A stretch of DNA of 54,826 bases from Candidatus Choladousia intestinigallinarum. GTDB lineage: Bacteria > Bacillota > Clostridia > Lachnospirales > Lachnospiraceae. The notes under the pieces were generated by a model, which worked only from the letters and a program-made list of their open reading frames with translations, was not told where the DNA came from and made no database searches. The stretch's first letter is position 1; every line of letters starts with the position of its first letter. This document shows, in pieces, positions 37,143-46,885 of this stretch. A program made the translations under genes and the position numbers. The stretch covers positions 1 through 54,826 of the forward strand of contig DVGR01000075.1 in NCBI GenBank assembly GCA_018712605.1, given 5' to 3'.

Positions 37143-37954
37143 CTTTCTCTCTCCTTATGCAGCTCATAGTAAAAAATATACTGCTGAAATATTCCTTCTC
37201 TGCCCCGGCATTTTTCTCTGGGAAACCCCTGGGGATAGTGCTGGGCCAGGGCCTGACGGATATGGGTATCCACGGGAAAAGCCGCCAAATGATGGAGGGC
37301 AAAAAGGCAGATACAGTCCGCCACCTTCTCTCCCACGCCAAAAAGCTTCATAAGCTCCTGCCTGGCCCCCTCATACTCCATGTCCCGCAGCTTTTCTAAA
37401 GAAAAGCCGCCTTCGTATATCTGTCTGGCTGTACGCACCACGTATTTGCTTCGGTAGCCCAGATTGCATGGTTTCAATGCGTCTTCCTCCAGGCCGGCCA
37501 GCACTTCAGGCCCCGGAAAAGTATAAAAAGAAAAACCCTCAGCCTCTTTTCTTTTTCCATATGTACGGCAAAGGTTCTCAATACACCTGCGGATCCTGGG
37601 AATATTATTCTGCTGGGAAATCAAAAAAGAAACGATCATCTCCCACAAATCCTGCCGCAGAATGCGGATTCCCTTAGCTCCGGCGGCTGCCTGCGCCAGA
37701 TATTGATCCATGCTTTCCGCCTGATTCAGACAGGAGGCATAATCCTCATCCAGATCAAAATATCTTCTCCACATCTTCTCAAACTCGTCCTCGCCGCAGA
37801 AAAAAGTAACCGTTTTTCCCCGTTGGGAAAGTCTGAGTCCCCGGCTCCCGGCCGCCACCTGAAACTCTCCTGGTCCCGTCTGCTCCATGCGGAAGCACTG
37901 GCCGGATTCGCAGATCTGTTCCAGGTCAAAGGCCTCTATCTCTTTCGTAATCAT
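37139..37954 (-). CDS. ogg: 8-oxoguanine DNA glycosylase (OGG family)
   Basis: SGQCFR, GIRILRQD, SQQNNIPRI, LGYR, GVGEKVADC, FPVDTH and QQYIF motifs. Confidence 0.88.
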   Translation of the reverse strand: MITKEIEAFDLEQICESGQCFRMEQTGPGEFQVAAGSRGLRLSQRGKTVTFFCGEDEFEKMWRRYFDLDEDYASCLNQAESMDQYLAQAAAGAKGIRILRQDLWEMIVSFLISQQNNIPRIRRCIENLCRTYGKRKEAEGFSFYTFPGPEVLAGLEEDALKPCNLGYRSKYVVRTARQIYEGGFSLEKLRDMEYEGARQELMKLFGVGEKVADCICLFALHHLAAFPVDTHIRQALAQHYPQGFPREKCRGREGIFQQYIFYYELHKERER

Positions 37955-38547
37955 TCTTTCACTGCACCTTTATAAATCACGATATCCTGCAGCCTTCTCT
38001 TAGGCACATAGTGGGTATCTTTCTCATCTCTGTAATAATCTACCGGCTCCCCCGGCCCCGCCTCTGTCAGCACAATCTCCTCATCCGGTTTCCCCACCGC
38101 CACAAGGAGCATAGGCTCTAGATTTTCCGGCAGCTCTAAAGTCTCCTTTACCTGGGAGGGTGAAAAATTTCCGATCATGCATCCTCCAAGACCCATTTCC
38201 ACGGCGCAAAGAAGAATTGACTGGGCGGCAATTCCAATATCCTTCTGAAACCTGGCCTTTGAATCTCCCAGGCTGAGATCCTGGCAGATTACAATATAAG
38301 CTGCAGGATTTTTCCCCGGATGGGGCAGCGTAAGCTGCGGAAGGCCCCTGGCCCACTTCGTCAGACTCTGGATTTGTTCCACTTCCTCCGTCTCCCAGGC
38401 CAGGTAATATTTTAAAGGCTGGCGGTTGACGCTGGAGGCTGACAGCCTGGCACAGTCCGCCATCTCTTCCAGCTCTTCCCTGGTCACTTTTCTGCTGGGA
38501 TCATACCCTCGGTAGCTTCTGTTTTTTATGATTAAATCTTTCAGCAT
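37951..38547 (-). CDS. Nitroreductase family protein
   Basis: NRSYRGY, SASSVNRQP, DIGIAAQ, GLGGCMIG, VPKR; start set at MLKDLII (SD GGAGG). Confidence 0.9.
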   Translation of the reverse strand: MLKDLIIKNRSYRGYDPSRKVTREELEEMADCARLSASSVNRQPLKYYLAWETEEVEQIQSLTKWARGLPQLTLPHPGKNPAAYIVICQDLSLGDSKARFQKDIGIAAQSILLCAVEMGLGGCMIGNFSPSQVKETLELPENLEPMLLVAVGKPDEEIVLTEAGPGEPVDYYRDEKDTHYVPKRRLQDIVIYKGAVKE

Positions 38548-38996
38548 TCTTCTTCCTCCCTCAGTACATCTGCCAGGGACCCGATCCCGGATTCCCCTGT
38601 CACACGGATTCCATGGTTTTTCAAAAGAGCAGCCGTAATCCCGTCTCCCCTGACCTTCTTTCCTGAAAAAGATCCGTCGTATACCACTTCGCTGCCGCAG
38701 GAGGGACTTCTCTCTTTCAGTATGGCCGCCCGGCAGCCAAAAAATCTGGCCAGCTTCAGAGTCTCCTGGGCGCCTTTCACAAAATACACAGTAACCTCCT
38801 GGCCCTGCCTGTCGTAAACTTTGCCCTGCCGTATCTCGGCAGGCTCTCTGGGAGTAGGCAGTCCTCCGAAAACCTCTGGACACACCGGCACCAGATGATG
38901 TTCTTTCTTTAAAAGTTCAAGTCCGTCATTCCAGTTGTTTCCACCGTCATATCTGCAGTTCATCCCCAGCAGGCAGGCACTTACCAAAATATTCAT
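38541..38996 (-). CDS. DUF523 / 2-thiouracil desulfidase (TudS)-family Fe-S protein
   Basis: SACLLG..CRYDG, CPEVFGGLPTPR and KERSPSCG motifs. Confidence 0.88.
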   Translation of the reverse strand: MNILVSACLLGMNCRYDGGNNWNDGLELLKKEHHLVPVCPEVFGGLPTPREPAEIRQGKVYDRQGQEVTVYFVKGAQETLKLARFFGCRAAILKERSPSCGSEVVYDGSFSGKKVRGDGITAALLKNHGIRVTGESGIGSLADVLREEEEC

Positions 38997-39052
38997 ATTC
39001 CGCTCCCTTCTTAAATCCGCCCTTTCTTTCTAATTATCCCCTCTGGTGTCCA

Positions 39053-39092
39053 GCCTGCCGGCGCAGGCACCGTCACGCATAAAAGCCACGGA
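39053..39092 (-). repeat. Second copy of the 40-bp dispersed repeat
   Basis: Reverse complement is 38/40 identical to 8328-8367. Confidence 0.85.
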
Positions 39093-39128
39093 TTGCTCCG
39101 CACTTAGTCTACAACACAATCTCTTTTT

Positions 39129-39998
39129 TTACAATAAGTTTGTATCTCCCGGCAGACGGAACCCTTCCCCGATCACGTCATTGGATTCTACAATAATAAC
39201 GAAAGCATTCTCATCCAGCTCATGCACCTTTCGTTTAATATCGTACATTTCTTTATGATTGCTGGCGCAGAGAACCACCTGCCGCTCCTGGCCCGTATAG
39301 CCTCCCACACCCTGAAGAATGGTGGTGCCGCGGCCGATCTGTTCCTGGATCATCTCCGCCACCTTCTGGGGTGCGGAGGTAATGATCATAGTCAGCTTTC
39401 CGTTGCGCATGCCGTAAACTACCTTATCCACCACTGCGGCATTTAAGTAATTCATCACAATTCCGCAGATCAGGGCATTCATACTTCCAAAGAGCCAGCT
39501 CCCGGCGGCAATGACTGCCGTATCCATAACAAAAGAAATATTTCCCAAAGAAAAATGCGGGTGGTACGCCCGTATGGTCATCATAATGAAATCCACGCCT
39601 CCAGTGGATGAATTTCTCAGGAATACCATCCCGTATCCCAGTCCGCACAGCACCCCTGCTCCCAGAGCCGCCAGAAACATTTCTCCCTGGTAGACCGGAA
39701 ACACCGGCCCCAGAAGATCCATCACCGCCGAGGTAATTAAAATGGTTTTCACAGAATTCAGATAAAAGCGCTTCCCAAGAGTCTTGTAACAGAACAAGGC
39801 AATCGGAATATTCAGCACCACATTCATGGTGCCGATGGGCGTCCCGAAAAGCTGGTACAGAATCATGGCAATTCCAGAAATCCCTGTCATAGGAAATCCC
39901 GCAGGTACCGCAAAGCTGTAAATAGCTGCCGTGAGACAGAATCCGCTGGCCAAATCTATAAGAACATCCACACAAAATTTTTTCATTTTTTCTTTCAT
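39129..39998 (-). CDS. YitT-family membrane protein
   Basis: TGISGIA, LNIP, SSTGGVD, RGTT..GGYTG, DENAF..VIGEGF. Confidence 0.9.
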   Translation of the reverse strand: MKEKMKKFCVDVLIDLASGFCLTAAIYSFAVPAGFPMTGISGIAMILYQLFGTPIGTMNVVLNIPIALFCYKTLGKRFYLNSVKTILITSAVMDLLGPVFPVYQGEMFLAALGAGVLCGLGYGMVFLRNSSTGGVDFIMMTIRAYHPHFSLGNISFVMDTAVIAAGSWLFGSMNALICGIVMNYLNAAVVDKVVYGMRNGKLTMIITSAPQKVAEMIQEQIGRGTTILQGVGGYTGQERQVVLCASNHKEMYDIKRKVHELDENAFVIIVESNDVIGEGFRLPGDTNLL

Positions 39999-40138
39999 TG
40001 CAAAATCCTCCTTTCTTTCTGATTGGACAACTCTATTTTAGCATAGGCGGTCAGGTTTGTCAGGGCCGGTTGAGACTTCTTTTTTCTTGTGATACAATAG
40101 GCTTTGAAAATTTCACTGAAATCTGAGGTATACTATTC

Positions 40139-40816
40139 ATGAAACGAATCGCCATTATTGAAGATGACCGGGGACTGAACATGGGAATTGTCCTGGCACT
40201 GAAATCCCAGCAGTTTGATTTCGCCCAGTATTACTCCCTGAAAGAGGCAGCCCAAGTCTTAGAGCCTCCTTTCCCGGATCTCATTCTTCTTGATATTAAT
40301 TTCCCCGATGGAAACGGCCTGGATTTTCTCCAGAAAATCCGATCCCGCACGCCTGTCCCCGTCATCATCATTACTGCCAATGACCAGGAAATGTCTCAGG
40401 TGGCGGGACTGGAGCTGGGTGCAGACGATTATATTGTCAAACCTTTCAGTCTCATGGTACTGCGGGCCAGAATCTCCAATGTGCTGCGCAAGGCTGGTTC
40501 CTCCTTGGTTTTTTCTTCTGAAAACTTTCTTTTTGACTTTGAAAACATGCAGTTTTTCAAAAAGGGATGCCGGCTGGAGCTGAGCAAAACGGAACAGCGC
40601 CTGCTGCGGCTCCTGGTAGAGAACCGTGGTATGACTCTGTCAAGGGAATTCCTCATGGACCGCATCTGGACAGACGGAGCAGAATATGTGGACGAAAACG
40701 CCCTCTCTGTAACGGTGAAACGGCTTCGTGACAAGCTGGAGGATCACTCCACTGCCCCCAGATACATCCATACCGTATACCGTCAGGGGTATGTCTGGAA
40801 AGAAGAAGAAACGTAA
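40139..40816 (+). CDS. OmpR-family response regulator
   Basis: IIEDD, LLDINFPDG, GADDYIVKPF, ENALSVTVKRLRDKL. Confidence 0.94.
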   Translation: MKRIAIIEDDRGLNMGIVLALKSQQFDFAQYYSLKEAAQVLEPPFPDLILLDINFPDGNGLDFLQKIRSRTPVPVIIITANDQEMSQVAGLELGADDYIVKPFSLMVLRARISNVLRKAGSSLVFSSENFLFDFENMQFFKKGCRLELSKTEQRLLRLLVENRGMTLSREFLMDRIWTDGAEYVDENALSVTVKRLRDKLEDHSTAPRYIHTVYRQGYVWKEEET

Positions 40817-40826
40817 GGAGAATGAA

Positions 40827-41672
40827 ATGGGTTTCTGGAACCGAGAGAAAATAGCGTACGAAAAATTGAATCAGATGCTGGATGAAGCCATGGAGGGCTC
40901 TTTCCAGGAAGAAAATTATACAGAAGACGAGCTCTCTAAGCTTGAGAGCAAGTGGGTGCGCTTTCTGTCCTCTTCCAGCCTCTCTGACAGACAGCTTAAG
41001 GAGGAAAAAGCGAAGATCCAGGAGCTGATCACAGATATCTCCCACCAGACGAAGACGCCCCTCTCTGGCATCCTTCTTTATACACAGCTTCTCCAGGAAG
41101 AAAAGCTGCCCGCCTCCGCCGTTCCCCTGGTGCAGGAGATCGCCAGACAAGCTCAAAAGCTGGAATTTCTTATCCAGGCTCTGGTAAAGACTTCCCGGCT
41201 GGAAACAGGAGTTTTCCAGCTCTCCCCTTCAAAGCAGCTTCTCTCCCCTCTTCTCTCCCAGGCCCGGGAGGAACTTGCCTCCAAGGCGGCTTTAAAGGAG
41301 ATCGAGATCCTTCTGCCGTCCTTCCATGAGGAAGCTGCCTGCTTTGACCTGAAATGGACGAAAGAAGCTTTGTGCAATCTTCTGGATAACAGCATAAAAT
41401 ACAGCCCCGAAGGCAGCCGCATTACCTTATCCCTCCGGCCTTTTGAAATGTTCTGCGCCGTGGATGTCACCGATGAGGGACCTGGGATTCCCCAGGATGA
41501 GCTGCCAAAGCTTTTTGGACGTTTCTGCCGGGGAGAAACGTCTGGAGAAACGGAAGGGGTTGCAATCGGCCTTTACCTGTCCCGGGAAATCCTTTCTAGA
41601 CAGGGCGGCTACCTGACGGCATCCTCTTCTCCAGGCGCCGGAAGTACCTTTTCTATGTTTCTTCCACGGTAA
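40827..41672 (+). CDS. Sensor histidine kinase with no predicted TM segment
   Basis: DISHQTKTPL H-box, NLLDNSIKY, DEGPGI; start ATG 40827 after SD TAAGGAG. Confidence 0.88.
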   Translation: MGFWNREKIAYEKLNQMLDEAMEGSFQEENYTEDELSKLESKWVRFLSSSSLSDRQLKEEKAKIQELITDISHQTKTPLSGILLYTQLLQEEKLPASAVPLVQEIARQAQKLEFLIQALVKTSRLETGVFQLSPSKQLLSPLLSQAREELASKAALKEIEILLPSFHEEAACFDLKWTKEALCNLLDNSIKYSPEGSRITLSLRPFEMFCAVDVTDEGPGIPQDELPKLFGRFCRGETSGETEGVAIGLYLSREILSRQGGYLTASSSPGAGSTFSMFLPR

Positions 41673-41696
41673 GGTGGCGGGCAATTCTTTCAAAAC

Positions 41697-41725
41697 TGTT
41701 AGATTCCTGAAAGAGGGCGGAAAGA
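41697..41725 (+). promoter_or_regulatory. Response-regulator direct repeats upstream of the ABC exporter
   Basis: TGTTAGA, TGAAAGA and GGAAAGA at an 11-bp period. Confidence 0.5.
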
Positions 41726-41777
41726 TTTCTCTGATATCATGTTTCTATAGAGAATTCATCGTAAGAAGGAGGATATT

Positions 41778-42461
41778 ATGGAAATCTTAAAAACTACTGA
41801 TTTAAAAAAATATTACGGGCAGGCCCCCAATCTGGTCCGTGCCCTGGACGGCGTCAGCTTAAGCGTCCGCCCCGGAGAATTTCTGGCTGTAGTGGGTACC
41901 AGCGGCAGCGGAAAATCCACTCTGCTTCACATGCTGGGAGGCTTGGACCGACCCACTTCCGGAAAGGTATTCGTGGAAGGAAAAGATATCTTTTCTCTGA
42001 AAAACGACGCTCTCACCATTTTCCGCCGCCGGAAGATCGGCTTTATCTTTCAGTCCTACAACTTAATCCCCGTGCTGAATGTATATGAAAACATTGTCCT
42101 TCCTCTGGAGCTGGACGGAAACCGCATAGACAAAAAATATATTGACCGGGTTATCCGCACTCTGGGACTTTCCGACAGGATCCAATCTCTGCCAAGCCAG
42201 CTATCCGGCGGACAGCAGCAGAGAGTGGCCATCGCCAGAGCCCTGGCCTCCAAGCCCGCCATTATCCTGGCAGATGAGCCTACGGGAAACCTGGACTCAA
42301 AAACCAGCCAGGATGTTCTCAGTCTCCTGAAAATCACCAGCCAGCAATTTAAGCAGACCATTGTGATGATCACCCACAATGAAAGCATCGCACAGATGGC
42401 TGACCGCATCATCCGCATTGAAGACGGGAAAATCGTGGGAGGCGGTGAGGAAAATGCGTAG
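41778..42461 (+). CDS. ABC transporter ATP-binding protein (LolD/MacB-like)
   Basis: [33 protein letters not shown]. Confidence 0.95.
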   Translation: MEILKTTDLKKYYGQAPNLVRALDGVSLSVRPGEFLAVVGTSGSGKSTLLHMLGGLDRPTSGKVFVEGKDIFSLKNDALTIFRRRKIGFIFQSYNLIPVLNVYENIVLPLELDGNRIDKKYIDRVIRTLGLSDRIQSLPSQLSGGQQQRVAIARALASKPAIILADEPTGNLDSKTSQDVLSLLKITSQQFKQTIVMITHNESIAQMADRIIRIEDGKIVGGGEENA

Positions 42462-45003
42462 AGTAAAAAACAGACGAATCATCCGTCTTCTGTCCCTGCG
42501 GCTTCTAAAGGCCAGAAAATGGAAAAATCTAATTGCCATTGCGGCAGTCCTTTTGACCAGCGCCATGTTTACTTCTGTTCTGACCATCGGCGCCAGCATG
42601 ATCCAGCTCTCCCAGGAAAGCACCATGCGCCAGGTGGGCGGAAGCGCCATGGCCGGCCTGAAGTATGTCCTGCCGGAGGATTTTGAAACCTTGCAGAAAG
42701 ATTCTTCTCTTTTAGATCTCACCTATCGGATCACTGCCGGCTTTGTGTCCAATCCAGAGCTCAGGGATCTGACCGCAGAGGTGTGCTATGCTCAGGATGA
42801 GGACGCCAAATTGACCTTCTCTTACCCTGCCAAAGGGCATATGCCCCAGGAACGGCTGGAAATCGCTGTCAGCGATCTGGTTCTGGAGGCTCTGGGCATT
42901 CCCTGCGAACTTGGAACCCCGGTTCCCCTCTCCATACAGGTAGGAGGCAAAACCTTCTCCGAAACGTTTACCCTCAGCGGTTACTGGGAAGGCGATGAAG
43001 TAGCAATGTCGCAGATGTGCTGGATTTCCAGGGAATACTGCGATGAAATCGCCCCCACTCCCCAGGTATCCTATTACGATTCCTCTGTCAAAGCCTCCGA
43101 TTCAGAAGGATACTGGATGGTGGATTTCAATTTTAAAAGCAGCTTTGACATTGAAGGACAGGTAGTGGCGGCCCTGGAGCGCAACGGTTTTGATCCCGAA
43201 GCCATTTCCTACGGCGTCAACTGGGCTTACATGGAATCCAGTATGGATCTGTCCACCATCCTTCTCTATAGCCTGGTGCTTCTGATTATCCTCACTGCGG
43301 GTTATCTGATTATTTACAATATTTTCTATATCACGGTATCCTCAGATATACACAGCTACGGCCTGCTGAAAACCATCGGGACCACAGGAAAACAGCTTCG
43401 GGGCCTTGTATACCGCCAGGCTGCCCTCCTGTCCCTTTTGGGAATTCCCCTGGGACTGGCGGCAGGCTTTATGACGGGAAAACTTCTGCTGCCTTTTATC
43501 CTCAACATTCTTGTCCTCAGCGGGGCAACCCCGGATTTTTCCACTGGGCTTTCCCCCCTGGTCTTTGTGGGAGCTGTCCTTTTCACTTTGCTGACCGTAT
43601 GGATCAGTTGTCTGAGGCCCTGCCGGATCGCCTCCAAGGTATCCGCCACAGAGGCGCTCCGCTATAACGGAACAGCGTCCAAAGGAAAGAAAAAATCCAA
43701 AAGGACCCGCAGAACCACGATGCCGGCCATGGCCTGGTCCAATCTGGCGCGCTCCCGGAAAAAGACCACAGTGGTGGTGCTTTCCCTGTCTCTTTCCCTG
43801 ATGCTGCTGAACACGCTGTACACGGCGGTTCAGGGCATGGACGCTGACAAATTCATCCAGAATTCCATTGTAGGCGACTTTGAGGTGATGGATCTCAGCG
43901 TTCATAATACCACCATTCTGGAGGGAAGAAATACCTGTGCCATAACGCCCCAGATACAGAATTCCCTCTCTTCCATACCGGGAGTGGAGTCCATCAGCAA
44001 CGTCTACTATACCCCCGACTTACTGAAGCTGGATGAAACTGGTTACGAGAATGCCTTGAAGATCCTGGACGCCTTTGCCGATGATCCTTATATAACAGAG
44101 TATGACTCTGCCTCCATCCTGGAAGACCAGGAGCTGCAGGTAAATGTATATGGCATTGATTCTTTTGGCCTGGAGAACGTTACTCGCACCATGGGCACCA
44201 TAGATCCGGAAAAATTTGCCTCCGGCGGCTATGTCATCCTGGATACGTACTGGAGAGCCTACGAGAATTATGAGAGCGGAATTTTTTACCGCCCCGGCGA
44301 CACCCTCACCTATACCTTTGCCGACGGAACCTCCAAGACATATGAGGTAATGGCTCTGGGGGAACTGGGCTATGCCCTCACCACTCAGTCCTACGGAGTG
44401 CTTACTGCTTCCATGCTGATACCAGAGGCAGATTATACTGCCCATAATGACGATACTTCCATGATCACCGTGCTGCACGTCCAGGAGGACTCTATGGCTT
44501 CGGTTACGGAAGCTCTGGAGGATTTTACAGGCAGCCTTCATACCAACCTGAAATATGTCTCCAAGCAGACGTATCTGGATCAGTTCGATACCTTTCTGAC
44601 CACCTTTGTGGTGGTGGGCGGCGTCCTCTGCTTCGTCCTGGCCTTTATTGGAATCCTGAATTTCTTTAACTCCATCATCACCATGATCCTGGAGCAGAAG
44701 CAGGAATTCGCCATGATGGAAGCGGTAGGCATGACCGGAAAGCAGCTCATGCAGATGCTTCGGTGGGAGGGAATCTTCCACACTCTGCTGTCCGTTCTCT
44801 TTTCCAGCGTGATCGGAAGCCTGGTCACCTACCTGCTGGTCTGCCTGGCAGTCTCAGAGGTCTGGTTCTTTTCCTATCATTTTACGGTGCTGCCCATCCT
44901 TGTGTGCCTGCCTATCCTGCTGCTGATCACCTGCCTGATCCCGGTATTCGCCTACCGGCGTCTCTGCCGTGACAGCATCATAGAACGGCTAAGGATTGAA
45001 TAG
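42454..45003 (+). CDS. FtsX/MacB-like ABC permease with two repeats
   Basis: YGLLKTIG and [10 protein letters not shown] FtsX-type motifs; two large extracellular loops; start MRRVKN overlaps the ATPase stop. Confidence 0.9.
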   Translation: MRRVKNRRIIRLLSLRLLKARKWKNLIAIAAVLLTSAMFTSVLTIGASMIQLSQESTMRQVGGSAMAGLKYVLPEDFETLQKDSSLLDLTYRITAGFVSNPELRDLTAEVCYAQDEDAKLTFSYPAKGHMPQERLEIAVSDLVLEALGIPCELGTPVPLSIQVGGKTFSETFTLSGYWEGDEVAMSQMCWISREYCDEIAPTPQVSYYDSSVKASDSEGYWMVDFNFKSSFDIEGQVVAALERNGFDPEAISYGVNWAYMESSMDLSTILLYSLVLLIILTAGYLIIYNIFYITVSSDIHSYGLLKTIGTTGKQLRGLVYRQAALLSLLGIPLGLAAGFMTGKLLLPFILNILVLSGATPDFSTGLSPLVFVGAVLFTLLTVWISCLRPCRIASKVSATEALRYNGTASKGKKKSKRTRRTTMPAMAWSNLARSRKKTTVVVLSLSLSLMLLNTLYTAVQGMDADKFIQNSIVGDFEVMDLSVHNTTILEGRNTCAITPQIQNSLSSIPGVESISNVYYTPDLLKLDETGYENALKILDAFADDPYITEYDSASILEDQELQVNVYGIDSFGLENVTRTMGTIDPEKFASGGYVILDTYWRAYENYESGIFYRPGDTLTYTFADGTSKTYEVMALGELGYALTTQSYGVLTASMLIPEADYTAHNDDTSMITVLHVQEDSMASVTEALEDFTGSLHTNLKYVSKQTYLDQFDTFLTTFVVVGGVLCFVLAFIGILNFFNSIITMILEQKQEFAMMEAVGMTGKQLMQMLRWEGIFHTLLSVLFSSVIGSLVTYLLVCLAVSEVWFFSYHFTVLPILVCLPILLLITCLIPVFAYRRLCRDSIIERLRIE

Positions 45004-45015
45004 CTGAAAATAGGC

Positions 45016-45054
45016 AAAAATTTTGCGGGGCGCATAACGCCCCGCAAAATTTTT
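45016..45054. terminator. Bidirectional intrinsic terminator
   Basis: Perfect 17-bp stem AAAAATTTTGCGGGGCG/CGCCCCGCAAAATTTTT between convergent genes. Confidence 0.88.
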
Positions 45055-45061
45055 TAAGCTT

Positions 45062-45181
45062 TTATTTTGAGCTGAACTTGCTTAAAATCCACACAACCAG
45101 CATGATCAGAATCGTGGCGGCAAAAATCCCCACCATTCCTTTCCACATGATTTCCAATGCCATTAATACATTCTCTGTCAT
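45062..45181 (-). CDS. 39-aa single-TM protein, OadG-like small subunit of a Na+-translocating decarboxylase
   Basis: SD CAGGAGG; MTENVLMALEIMWKGMVGIFAATILIMLVVWILSKFSSK*; GMxxIF TM pattern; directly downstream of the beta subunit. Confidence 0.8.
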   Translation of the reverse strand: MTENVLMALEIMWKGMVGIFAATILIMLVVWILSKFSSK

Positions 45182-45267
45182 ACCTATCCTCCTGACACTT
45201 TTATGTATATCGCCTGTTTCGTCCTTTACTCTATAAGAAACTTGCGCAACCCGCCGCAGGATTCTTT

Positions 45268-46404
45268 TTATAAGAAAGAAGTTACCAGATTGATTACCAT
45301 ACCCCCTGCGATTACAGATGCGATCTGGCCGGATACATTAGCCCCTGCCGCATGCATCAGCAGAATATTTCCTGGATCCTCCTTCAGTGCCATTTTCTGG
45401 ATTACACGGGAGGACATGGGGAATGCTGAGATCCCAGCTCCTCCAATCATAGGATTGATCTTCTCTTTTGAGAAAAGGTTAATCACCTTGGCCAAACAAA
45501 CGCCGCCAATGGTATCAAAGACAAAGGCAAACAGACCGATAAGCATAATCAGAATCGTGTCCACCGCCACAAAAGATTCCGCCTGCATACTGAAGGCAAT
45601 AGTAATTCCCAGCAGCAGAGTGATCAGGTTGGAAAGCATGTTCTGGGCAGCATCGGACATGGTATTCAGAACGCCGCACTCCCGGATCAAGTTTCCGAAC
45701 ATCAAGAATCCTACCAGCGCCACAGAAGTAGGGGCAATCAGCCCTACAATAAAGGTTACGCAGATGGGGAAGGCAATCCTTACGGTCTTGGTTACAGACG
45801 CAGGCTCATACTTCATGCGGATCATTCGCTCTTTCTTTGTAGTAACCAGCTTAATGGCAAAGGGCTGAATAATGGGCACAAGAGCCATATAAGAATAGGC
45901 TGCCACGGCGATGGCGCCGATGTAGTTTGAATCCAGGACCTGGGAAACCAGAATGGAGGTGGGGCCGTCCGCCGCGCCGATAATTCCGGTAGCGGCCGCA
46001 TCCTTGATATCAAATCCCAGCAGCACTGCCAGGAGAATTGCGGCAAAGATTCCAAACTGGGCGCCCGCTCCAAACAAAAACATCTTCGGATTTGACAGAA
46101 GCGGCCCGAAGTCGATCATCGCTCCAATTCCGATAAATAAAAGAATGGGCATGGCCTCCGAAGCCTCAATGCCGGTCTCGAACAGCCACTGAATAATACC
46201 GTGTGTCTCACCTACTCCGTTCAGCACCTGATCCAGAACACCGGTAGAAGGAAGATTTACGAGAATCGCACCAAAGCCCATGGGAAGAAGCAGGGAAGGC
46301 TCATAATCCTTCTTGATGGCAAGCCAAATCAGAACAATGCCGATCACATACATTACAATATGCTTCCAGGTCAGCGCCAGAAAGCCTTCAACAAGAAATT
46401 CCAT
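45268..46404 (-). CDS. oadB: Sodium-translocating decarboxylase beta subunit
   Basis: EPSLLLPMGFG, GIGAMIDFGP, GIIGAADGPT, AAYSYMALVPIIQP, GAGISAFPMSSR. Confidence 0.92.
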   Translation of the reverse strand: MEFLVEGFLALTWKHIVMYVIGIVLIWLAIKKDYEPSLLLPMGFGAILVNLPSTGVLDQVLNGVGETHGIIQWLFETGIEASEAMPILLFIGIGAMIDFGPLLSNPKMFLFGAGAQFGIFAAILLAVLLGFDIKDAAATGIIGAADGPTSILVSQVLDSNYIGAIAVAAYSYMALVPIIQPFAIKLVTTKKERMIRMKYEPASVTKTVRIAFPICVTFIVGLIAPTSVALVGFLMFGNLIRECGVLNTMSDAAQNMLSNLITLLLGITIAFSMQAESFVAVDTILIMLIGLFAFVFDTIGGVCLAKVINLFSKEKINPMIGGAGISAFPMSSRVIQKMALKEDPGNILLMHAAGANVSGQIASVIAGGMVINLVTSFL

Positions 46405-46477
46405 GTTTTTCTCCTTTCTTTTGCACAGAGCTTTCTCCTTCGGTCTTCCTTATGTAAAACTCTCTTTTACATAAAAT

Positions 46478-46515
46478 GGGCTTTTACTACAGCCCCTGCC
46501 GCTGTAGTAAAAGTC
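46478..46515 (-). terminator. Leader hairpin (candidate attenuator terminator) upstream of the beta subunit gene
   Basis: 13-bp stem CTTTTACTACAGC/GCTGTAGTAAAAG followed by CCCATTTTAT on the minus strand. Confidence 0.6.
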
Positions 46516-46523
46516 TCTTTTTT

Positions 46524-46566
46524 CTGCCGTCTGCACCTTATCAATGGCTGCACGCAAGCGGGAAAT
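46524..46566 (-). ncRNA. Candidate Na+-sensing riboswitch aptamer (DUF1646/Na+-I-like)
   Basis: Minus strand TTTCCCG-CTTGCG-TGCAGCC-ATTGATAA-GGTGCA-GA-CGGCAG forms a bulged hairpin between promoter and terminator, upstream of a Na+-pump gene; class assignment rests mainly on context. Confidence 0.45.
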
Positions 46567-46590
46567 ATCTCTGTAAGCCAAATTTCCCTT

Positions 46591-46619
46591 ATTCTATCAT
46601 TCTCCAGATAATTTTGCAA
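46591..46619 (-). promoter_or_regulatory. Sigma-A promoter of the decarboxylase beta-subunit operon
   Basis: TTGCAA-17 nt-TAGAAT with extended -10 TG. Confidence 0.7.
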
Positions 46620-46650
46620 CACTTGTTTTATTCCCTAATACCAGGTGTTT

Positions 46651-46860
46651 TTACTGAATGTTCAGCACTTTATAATCCTGGTCTTCTACGGCTTTTTTCA
46701 GCACCTCATCCGCCGTCTGGCTTTTCAGAGTCACGACTGCGGTTCCTGCCTCATGGCTCACCTCCGCTGCCTCTACCTCTGCCAGGGCTTCCAGAGCTTT
46801 CTTTACCCTTGCCTCACAATGTCCGCACATCATTCCTTCGATTTTCATGGTTTTTTTCAT
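46651..46860 (-). CDS. copZ: CopZ-like HMA copper chaperone (or the detached C-terminal domain of CopA)
   Basis: IEGMMCGHCEARV CxxC HMA motif; SD CAGGAGG before ATG 46860. Confidence 0.8.
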   Translation of the reverse strand: MKKTMKIEGMMCGHCEARVKKALEALAEVEAAEVSHEAGTAVVTLKSQTADEVLKKAVEDQDYKVLNIQ

Positions 46861-46885
46861 TTCAGTTACCTCCTGCACTTTACTT

